The notes under the pieces: model-generated | Seen by the model: the letters and a program-made list of their open reading frames with translations, nothing else | Told to the model about the DNA's origin: nothing | Databases searched by the model: none | Part shown: piece by piece, positions 23,875-32,000 of the stretch | Position numbering within the stretch: position 1 is the first letter of the stretch | Layout of the letters: every line of letters starts with the position of its first letter | Position numbers and translations under genes: made by a program | Source: Acaryochloris marina MBIC11017 | GTDB lineage: Bacteria > Cyanobacteriota > Cyanobacteriia > Thermosynechococcales > Thermosynechococcaceae | Length of the DNA stretch: 32,000 nucleotides | Direction: 5' to 3' | NCBI RefSeq assembly: GCF_000018105.1 | Contig: NC_009925.1 | Coordinates: forward strand, 2,010,001-2,042,000

Positions 23875-26553
23875 CTAGGACTTGGTCGTTTTCTTCGCAG
23901 TGGTCTTTTTCGCTGCTGTCTTTTTAGTCGTCGTTTTCTTAGCGGTAGTCTTCTTAGTGGTTTTCTTCTTCGTGGTTGATTTAGCGCGACTCGTCTTTTT
24001 CTTCCCCTTCGTCGAGGCTTTCTCCGCCAATAACGGCAGAGCCATCTCCAAAGTCACGTCTTCAACTTTTTTCCCTTCAGGCAAGGAGACATTCGTCTTA
24101 TTGTGCTTAATATATGGGCCATAGGGACCGTCATACACATTGACGGGTGCTTCATCTTCCGGGTGACTGCCCAGTTCTTTCAAGGCTTTTTTCGTACCCC
24201 GTCGTCCCCGAGTGCCTTTGGGCATTGCCAATAATTCCAAAGCTCGCTCAAACGAGATAGTGAATAGATTATCTTCTTTCTTGAGTGACCGATAATCTTT
24301 TCCTTCTTTGCCTTGGTCATGGACTACATAGGGACCAAACCGCCCCAAACCGACCTGAACCTTGCAGCCCGTATCCGGATGCTGGCCCAGCAACCGAGGC
24401 AAGGACAAGAGCTCGACCGCCATATCTAAGGTCACCGACTCCATCGCCACTCCCTTGGGCAGAGAGGCTCGTTTAGGCTTTTTATTTTCCTCGGTGACAT
24501 CCCCTAACTGGACATAAGGCCCATAGGCACCGAGCAGAATATAAATAGGCTCTCCTTTCTCGGGGTGGAAGCCTAATTTCTCAGGACCTTCCAGCTTTTG
24601 TTTAAGGAGTTGCTCAATTTGTTCTGGTGTCAAATCCGCTGGCGTCATATCTTTGGGCAAAGACGCCTTAACGGGTTTTTCCTCATGCTCCGTCTCGATA
24701 TAGGGACCAAAACGACCAATTCTCACTTTGGCTTCCAGATTATCCAGATCAATGGTCCGAGCTTCACCTGGATCAATCTGATCCTGCCGAGTTTTGACTA
24801 GAGTTTCCAGACCTTCATCTCCCAGATAAAAGTCGCTTAGATATGGCAGCCACTCCACCTCACCAGTGGAGATGCCATCCAATCTGCGCTCCATGCGCGC
24901 CGTAAAGCTGAGATCCACTAAATCTGGAAAATGTTGCTCCAACAAAGCGGTGACAGCAAAGGCGGTAAAGGTGGGCACCAAAGCATTGGCCTGGCGCTGA
25001 GCATAGCCCCGGTCAATAATCGTGCCGATCACACTGGCATAGGTACTAGGACGACCAATCCCCTCTTTCTCCAGCATTTTCACCAGAGATGCTTCCGTAA
25101 ACCGGGCAGGTGGCTGGGTCTCATGGCCAATGGGGGAAAGCTCTGTGCACTCCGGCGTATCCCCTTGCTTCAGGGAAGGCAGCAACACCTCTTGATCATC
25201 CAAAGCGGCATCGGGATCATCGGACCCTTCTACATAAGCCCGGAAAAATCCAGGAAAATCAATGCGCTTACCCGTCGATCGGAACCCAGCATCTTCAACT
25301 TCTAGATGAACCGTAATGTGGGTTTGACGTGCCTCAGCCATTTGGGTAGCGACGGTGCGCTTCCAGATTAGGTCATAGAGTTTACTTTCTGCGCCTTGTA
25401 AGTCCGTCTCTTTAGGGGTACGGAAGGTTTGTCCAGCCGGACGAATCGCTTCATGAGCTTCTTGAGCCCCCTTGCTTTTCGTCTTATACTGCCTCGGCTC
25501 AGGACTCAGGTAGTTTTTCCCGTAGAGGTCTTCCACGCAGCTCCGAGCAGCCGCAATGGCCTGCTGCGACAGATTCACCGAATCTGTTCGCATATAGGTA
25601 ATAAATCCCTTCTCATACAGACTCTGGGCCACCCGCATGGTTTCTCGCGCCGACAGTCTTAGTTTGCGGTTGGCTTCTTGCTGCAGTGTAGAGGTAATAA
25701 AGGGAGGCGCAGGCTTACGAGTAGACGGGCGCTCATCCACCCCCGCAACGGACCAGGTTTTATCGGTCAGACGAGCTTGTAAAGCCAGGGTCTCCTCTTC
25801 ATTCAGCAGAACCACATCTCGCCCTGCAATGATTTGCCCGGTATTCTCGTCAAAATCATTGCCTGTGGCTAATCGCTTGTCAGCTAGGGTCACCAAGCGC
25901 GATTCAAACGACGATTTATCTTTGCTAAGGGCTGCTTTTAAGTCCCAATAGCTGCCTTGGCGGAAGGCACGTCGCTCTCGCTCCCGCTTAACGAGCAGCC
26001 GCACTGCGACAGACTGTACCCGTCCCGCAGACAAGCTAGGGGCAATCTTTTTCCACAGCAGGGGAGATAGGGTGTATCCCACCAAACGGTCTAAAATACG
26101 GCGAGTTTCTTGAGCCCGAACCAACCGCTGATCCACCTCACGGCAGTTGGTTAAGGCAGCTTTAATTGCTTCATCCGTGATCTCATGAAAGACCATCCGC
26201 TTCGTCGGCACCTTAGGCTTCAGAAGCTGCAGCAGATGCCAGCTAATACTTTCCCCCTCTCTGTCTTCGTCAGTCGCTAGCACTAACTCATCGGAATTTT
26301 TAAGGGCTTCTTTCAGCTCTTTGACAATTTTTTTCTTATCTTTGGGGACAACATATAAAGGTTCAAAATCGGACTGAACATTGACCCCTAAGCTGGACCA
26401 TTTCTCACCTTTAACCGCTGCGGGGATTTCTGATGCAGTCCGGGGTAGATCACGAACATGCCCCATCGATGCTTCAACCCGGTATCCCGAAGGCAGATAA
26501 TTGCGGATTGTTTTCGCCTTCGTAGGAGATTCAACAATAACCAGTGTGGACAT
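23875..26553 (-). CDS. topA: DNA topoisomerase I (type IA).
   Basis: Toprim [15 protein letters not shown] and the active-site Tyr context [10 protein letters not shown]. There are four Cys-less C-terminal repeats ([32 protein letters not shown]) and a Lys/Thr-rich tail. Confidence 0.95.
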   Translation of the reverse strand: MSTLVIVESPTKAKTIRNYLPSGYRVEASMGHVRDLPRTASEIPAAVKGEKWSSLGVNVQSDFEPLYVVPKDKKKIVKELKEALKNSDELVLATDEDREGESISWHLLQLLKPKVPTKRMVFHEITDEAIKAALTNCREVDQRLVRAQETRRILDRLVGYTLSPLLWKKIAPSLSAGRVQSVAVRLLVKRERERRAFRQGSYWDLKAALSKDKSSFESRLVTLADKRLATGNDFDENTGQIIAGRDVVLLNEEETLALQARLTDKTWSVAGVDERPSTRKPAPPFITSTLQQEANRKLRLSARETMRVAQSLYEKGFITYMRTDSVNLSQQAIAAARSCVEDLYGKNYLSPEPRQYKTKSKGAQEAHEAIRPAGQTFRTPKETDLQGAESKLYDLIWKRTVATQMAEARQTHITVHLEVEDAGFRSTGKRIDFPGFFRAYVEGSDDPDAALDDQEVLLPSLKQGDTPECTELSPIGHETQPPARFTEASLVKMLEKEGIGRPSTYASVIGTIIDRGYAQRQANALVPTFTAFAVTALLEQHFPDLVDLSFTARMERRLDGISTGEVEWLPYLSDFYLGDEGLETLVKTRQDQIDPGEARTIDLDNLEAKVRIGRFGPYIETEHEEKPVKASLPKDMTPADLTPEQIEQLLKQKLEGPEKLGFHPEKGEPIYILLGAYGPYVQLGDVTEENKKPKRASLPKGVAMESVTLDMAVELLSLPRLLGQHPDTGCKVQVGLGRFGPYVVHDQGKEGKDYRSLKKEDNLFTISFERALELLAMPKGTRGRRGTKKALKELGSHPEDEAPVNVYDGPYGPYIKHNKTNVSLPEGKKVEDVTLEMALPLLAEKASTKGKKKTSRAKSTTKKKTTKKTTAKKTTTKKTAAKKTTAKKTTKS

Positions 26554-26952
26554 AGTCTCAATGGGGAATGTGTGATGGACAAAAGATAAGCCGCCTTTGC
26601 CAATCCCAACCTAATTCATGCGGACAGACAAAGGAAGCACTAAATTCTTGCTTAGAAGTTCTGAGTTGCGATATGACCCTACCCTAACCTTAATCAGACG
26701 ATTGAGTGGGTAGCTAAATGAACCCCTTCAAATTTTTTATAGCAAATGTTGCGAGTGTACCCTAAGTTTTTTGTCACTTGATCAACGGGTAGCTCCTCAA
26801 GTCTAGCCCGCTTCTCCCGGCAGAACGTCCCTTAACTTGGTATCTTGGTTGTTGGCGCTTGCGCGTTAAAATTCTCAACATAATCCTTGCCATTGAACTT
26901 TATTGTTAGATGACTGGGCTTATGTCGCCAAAGACATTACCACTCTTGACTA

Positions 26953-28518
26953 ATGGACGTTGCCAATCTCGCTAGCCAGCTAAATGCCACCACCATCTTG
27001 CCTGAAGGTGTTTTGGTGATCTCGTTAATTCTTGTTCTCCTTGGAGATATTACCTTTGGTCGTTCATCGGCAAAATGGACCCCATACCTTGCGATCGCAA
27101 GTTTGGCAGCCTGCCTCTATCTGCTCTATACCCAGTGGGATCAAGCGAATCCCATCGGTTTTCTGGGGAGCTTCAATGCCGATAACCTCAGCATTGTTTT
27201 TAGAGCCATTATTGCCCTGTCGACTCTAGTCACCATCCTGATGTCGGTGCGCTATATCGAACAGTCGGGCAGTTCCATCGGCGAATTTATGACGGTGCTG
27301 TTAACAGCCACTGTTGGAGCGATGTTCCTCTGCGGTGCCGAAGAGCTCGTCATGATCTTTATCTCTTTGGAAACGTTGAGTATCGCCTCTTACCTAATGA
27401 CGGGTTACATGAAGCGCGATTCTCGCTCTAATGAAGCCGCTCTGAAATATTTGCTGATTGGTGCAGCCAGTTCTGCCGTTTTTCTCTACGGTCTGTCTTT
27501 GCTCTATGGCCTTTCCGGTGGCAAAACCCATTTAGATGACATTGCCCTGGCCTTAACCGATACTTCCAAGTCCCTGGCTCTCGTTATTTCCCTAGTATTT
27601 GTGATTGCTAGCGTCAGCTTCAAGATTGCGGCAGTCCCCTTCCACCAATGGACCCCCGACGTCTACGAAGGCTCTCCCACACCGGTCGTTGCTTTTCTCT
27701 CTGTCGGGTCCAAAGCAGCCGGATTTGCCCTCGCGATTCGCCTGTTAACCCAAGCCTTCCCCAACCTAGTGGAGCAGTGGCAATTCATCTTCACGGCCTT
27801 AGCCATTCTGAGTATGGTGCTTGGTAACGTGGTTGCCATTGCCCAAACCAGCATGAAGCGGATGCTCGCTTACTCTTCCATTGGTCAGGCAGGCTTTGTC
27901 ATGATTGGCCTCGTCATTGGAACAGAAGCAGGTTATGCCAGCATGGTTTTCTACCTGCTGATTTACCTGTTTATGAACCTGGGCGCATTTACTTGCGTGA
28001 TCCTGTTCTCTCTCCGGACTGGCACCGATGAAATTGGCGATTATGCTGGCCTCTATCTTAAAGATCCGCTCTTAACCCTAGCCTTGAGCCTCTGTTTGCT
28101 CTCCCTAGGAGGGATACCGCCGCTTGCAGGCTTCTTCGGCAAGCTATACCTCTTCTGGGCCGGTTGGCAAGCCGGAGCCTATGGTTTGGTTCTTCTGGGC
28201 TTAATCACTAGTGTGGTCTCCATCTACTACTACATTCGAGTGATTAAGATGATGGTGGTCAAAGAGCCTCAAGATATGTCTGAGGTGATCAAAAACTATC
28301 CCAGCATTGTTTGGAAGCCCTTAGGAATGCGTCCCTTACAAGTGGGCTTAGTCCTTACGTTAATTGCGACCTCTTTGGCTGGAGTCCTTTCCAATCCCTT
28401 GCTCACGATTGTAAATAGCTCGGTTGCGGATGTCCCTCGCTTTAAGCAAGCAACCATCCCGACGTCCATCGATGTTGCGATTCAGCCCGATACACCAACG
28501 ATTGCACCTGAGCTATAA
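26953..28518 (+). CDS. ndhB: NAD(P)H-quinone oxidoreductase (NDH-1) subunit 2.
   Basis: A 521-aa polytopic membrane protein. [32 protein letters not shown] and [36 protein letters not shown] are typical of NdhB/NuoN. Confidence 0.95.
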   Translation: MDVANLASQLNATTILPEGVLVISLILVLLGDITFGRSSAKWTPYLAIASLAACLYLLYTQWDQANPIGFLGSFNADNLSIVFRAIIALSTLVTILMSVRYIEQSGSSIGEFMTVLLTATVGAMFLCGAEELVMIFISLETLSIASYLMTGYMKRDSRSNEAALKYLLIGAASSAVFLYGLSLLYGLSGGKTHLDDIALALTDTSKSLALVISLVFVIASVSFKIAAVPFHQWTPDVYEGSPTPVVAFLSVGSKAAGFALAIRLLTQAFPNLVEQWQFIFTALAILSMVLGNVVAIAQTSMKRMLAYSSIGQAGFVMIGLVIGTEAGYASMVFYLLIYLFMNLGAFTCVILFSLRTGTDEIGDYAGLYLKDPLLTLALSLCLLSLGGIPPLAGFFGKLYLFWAGWQAGAYGLVLLGLITSVVSIYYYIRVIKMMVVKEPQDMSEVIKNYPSIVWKPLGMRPLQVGLVLTLIATSLAGVLSNPLLTIVNSSVADVPRFKQATIPTSIDVAIQPDTPTIAPEL

Positions 28519-28640
28519 GCGTTATGCTAATCGGGTGGGGCCAGATACCAAGCCATAGATTTATTAGCAACGCCTAGAAGCAAGCAGATTATCTCTTCTA
28601 GAAACAGCTGCATTAGCTAATTTTCTCTAACTCTAACAAC

Positions 28641-28676
28641 CAAAAAGGAGCCTCCCATATGGGAGGCTCCTTTTTG
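28641..28676. terminator. Bidirectional terminator between the convergent ndhB and petH.
   Basis: Perfect palindrome caaaaaggagcctccca-ta-tgggaggctcctttttg, with a ~16-bp stem and A/T runs on both sides. Confidence 0.8.
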
Positions 28677-28698
28677 ATGGCTGACTGAAGTTGTTGAT

Positions 28699-29769
<1,071 letters not shown>

Positions 29770-30113
29770 CTAACCTGTCGTAATATTTTGCAATAGAATG
29801 TCTATGATTTCAAAGGAGTGTATCTTACACTTCTTAGGGTTTCGGTTTCAATTTGGTCAATCGTTCTACATCCTAGGGAACAGCGCAATTGTATAACGGT
29901 CATAGACCATAGGCTACAGCTTTAGACAAATCGAATTGATGGCAAAAAGCCGATAAAACCATGTCTAAAATTGATGACTTAAATCATTTCGGTCTGTAAC
30001 GAAAAAGTTAAGGTGTGTTGCAAGTTGCCCTTGTGAACGGCTGTAGATGGCATTTGGTCAGGATCCCCGTGATACGATTCGCTACGTAGCCGTTAAAAGT
30101 TTGGAGGATCGCC

Positions 30114-31334
30114 TTGGCACTTCGGGTAGCAGTTGTTGGGTCAGGGCCAGCCGGTTCATCAGCAGCAGAAACGCTGGTAAAGGCTGGTATTGAGACCTAT
30201 TTATTTGAGCGTAAATTAGATAACGCTAAACCTTGTGGTGGTGCGATTCCGCTGTGCATGGTGGACGAATTTGATCTCCCCCTTGAGATTATTGATCGTC
30301 AAGTTAGAAAGATGAGAATGATCTCTCCTTCTAATGTTGAGGTGGATATCAACATTAAAAATGAGGGTGAATATATCGGCATGTGTCGTCGGGAAGTCCT
30401 TGACGGCTTTATGCGCGATCGCGCCGCTAAATTAGGGGCGAAGTTGATCAATGGCACCGTTAATAAGCTGGATTTCCCCACTGGAGCCAACCAGCCTTAT
30501 ACAATTCACTATGCTGATTTAACCGGCGGTCGAGCTGAAGGGGTGATGAAAACCCTCCAAGTCGACTTGGTGATCGGTGCGGATGGCGCAAACTCCAGAA
30601 TTGCAAAAGAGATAAAAGCAGGCGACTACAACTATGCGATCGCATTTCAGGAGCGAATTCGCCTTCCTGATGAGTACATGGCGTATTACCAAGATCGCGC
30701 CGAGATGTATGTCGGTGATGATGTCTCCACTGACTTCTATGCTTGGGTATTCCCCAAATACGATCACGTTGCTGTCGGCACCGGCACCATGAAGGTCAAC
30801 CAAGCCGACATCAAGAAGCTGCAGGCCGGTATTCGTGCTCGTGCGGCCCATCGTCTCGTTGGCGGTGAAATCATCAAAGTGGAAGCTCACCCCATTCCTG
30901 AGCATCCTCGTCCTCGCCGGGTTGTCGGTCGGGTTGCCCTCGTCGGTGACGCTGCCGGTACGGTCACCAAATCTTCTGGCGAAGGGATCTACTTTGCAGC
31001 CAAGTCTGCCCGGATGTGTGCCGAAGCCATCGTTGAATTTTCCAACAATGGTCAGCGGATTCCCACGGAAGATGAACTCAAAATTTATCTCAAGCGTTGG
31101 GATAAGGCCTACGGCATGACCTATAAGGTCCTCGATATTTTGCAGCGGGTCTTCTACCGTTCCGACGCCACTCGGGAAGCCTTTGTGGAAATGTGTGCCG
31201 ATGAAGATGTCCAACAAATGACGTTTGATAGTTATTTGTATAAGACGGTGGTTCCCATGAATCCCCTGAAGCAAATCAAGATTACCGCTAAAACCATCGG
31301 CAGTTTGATTCGCGGCAACGCTCTTGCACCCTAA
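30114..31334 (+). CDS. chlP: Geranylgeranyl diphosphate/bacteriochlorophyllide reductase (chlorophyll phytol-tail synthesis).
   Basis: LRVAVVGSGPAGSSAAETL (FAD GxGxxG) and AKPCGGAIPLCMVDEFDLP are typical of ChlP. TTG start at 30114, with GGAGGA (30103-30108) 5 nt upstream. Confidence 0.92.
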   Translation: MALRVAVVGSGPAGSSAAETLVKAGIETYLFERKLDNAKPCGGAIPLCMVDEFDLPLEIIDRQVRKMRMISPSNVEVDINIKNEGEYIGMCRREVLDGFMRDRAAKLGAKLINGTVNKLDFPTGANQPYTIHYADLTGGRAEGVMKTLQVDLVIGADGANSRIAKEIKAGDYNYAIAFQERIRLPDEYMAYYQDRAEMYVGDDVSTDFYAWVFPKYDHVAVGTGTMKVNQADIKKLQAGIRARAAHRLVGGEIIKVEAHPIPEHPRPRRVVGRVALVGDAAGTVTKSSGEGIYFAAKSARMCAEAIVEFSNNGQRIPTEDELKIYLKRWDKAYGMTYKVLDILQRVFYRSDATREAFVEMCADEDVQQMTFDSYLYKTVVPMNPLKQIKITAKTIGSLIRGNALAP

Positions 31335-31360
31335 GGTCATGATTTGAGCATTTTGCATAT

Positions 31361-31407
31361 AAAAGCCAAAGCCCTTTAGATTCAAAACCTAAAGGGCTTT
31401 GGCTTTT
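31361..31407. terminator. Bidirectional terminator between chlP and the convergent 31460-31774 ORF.
   Basis: A 19-bp perfect stem, aaaagccaaagccctttag (31361-31379) pairing with ctaaagggctttggctttt (31389-31407), with a 9-nt loop. Confidence 0.8.
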
Positions 31408-31459
31408 GATACAAGCATCCTAAAAAACGCTTCCCAAACTTTTGATCACAAGGAAGGGT

Positions 31460-31774
31460 TTAAGGATTCAAAACTTTCACTTGGATCCCCCGATGATCTT
31501 CCTGTTCGGGGACCTCACCAGGTTTATCGGGGCCCGGTGTAAGCTCTACCTGCGGCGGTAGACCAATACTAATTTCTTGGGGTTCAGGGAGCTGCTTGGG
31601 TTGAGGCTGCCAAGAACGAATTCCCACTTCTTGGACCCCCAAGGTTTTAGCATCACCGGTCCTTGAGGAAGCTGATTGCCGATTTTGTCCTCGTCGTTGG
31701 GCCCTGGCATCTTCGCCCCCCATGCTCAGCACCACCATCAATAGGGTTGTACAAACGAACGTTAATCTCAACAT
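31460..31774 (-). CDS. Hypothetical small secreted Pro/Gln-rich protein.
   Basis: A 104-aa ORF with a signal-like N-terminus (MLRLTFVCTTLLMVVLSMGGEDARA), ending just before the shared terminator. No recognisable domain. Confidence 0.4.
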   Translation of the reverse strand: MLRLTFVCTTLLMVVLSMGGEDARAQRRGQNRQSASSRTGDAKTLGVQEVGIRSWQPQPKQLPEPQEISIGLPPQVELTPGPDKPGEVPEQEDHRGIQVKVLNP

Positions 31775-32000
31775 CGTTTTAGCTCTCTTTATGATTAATA
31801 ACCTAGATAAACGGGGATAGTATCAACTTTAAACGGTTGAGTGAGATGATTTACCCGTCTAAAGTCACAAATGAATCAGATTTTCCTCAGATATTCTTAT
31901 TTTAGTGAATATATTTTTGACTTTTTGGTCTAACGCAACCAAATTCAAGACTTAAAATTTTCTTTAGATCTTTACTTCAGACCAGCGCAAGTCAGGATAC

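Noticed and set aside
23882-24124. 80-aa plus-strand Val/Phe-rich ORF (VVFFAVVFF...).
   Set aside because: It is the reverse-complement reading of the Lys/Thr-rich TopA tail (AAG/AAA/ACC codons) and is a compositional artefact.
30519-31385. 288-aa minus-strand ORF, the longest unassigned ORF in the track.
   Set aside because: It lies entirely antisense to chlP, whose product is unmistakable from its FAD motif and ChlP-specific AKPCGGAIPLCMVDEF. The antisense product has no motifs, so it is a typical shadow ORF.

Overview
This window looks like a cyanobacterial chromosomal segment. The evidence is a set of photosynthesis genes (psbB-psbT, psbM, ndhB, petH, chlP), glgA, an RRM-type rbp gene, and 11 copies of the HIP1 octamer GCGATCGC. 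I support 28 protein-coding genes, including two small ones below the ORF-track cutoff (psbM, psbT) and one gene running off the left edge (asnS). I also call six hairpin terminators and one in-frame tandem-repeat array. I found no rRNA, tRNA, CRISPR array, transposase or integrase. Most of the window is core metabolism, but three stretches are not explained by housekeeping function. (1) At 18.6-23.7 kb on the minus strand lies an extracytoplasmic module: a DUF2330-like secreted protein, then a tightly packed trio. The trio is a lipoprotein fusing a solute-binding domain to a vWA/MIDAS domain, a membrane-anchored coiled-coil protein, and a second paralogous orphan solute-binding protein. No ABC transporter genes are nearby. 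This is my best candidate for an undescribed system. (2) At 10.2-13.7 kb on the minus strand is a co-directional cassette, divergent from ubiD: an AtzG-like small protein, an AtzE/GatA-like amidase, a Coq4-motif protein, a GNAT and a kinase-fold protein with a degenerate catalytic loop. (3) At 15.6-18.6 kb is an orphan membrane protein divergent from a protein made of 26 indel-free 23-residue leucine-rich repeats. Secondary observations are a CpcD-less FNR, a TopA with Cys-less C-terminal repeats and a Lys/Thr tail, and several intergenic palindromes. All family assignments are by-eye motif recognition and no searches were run.
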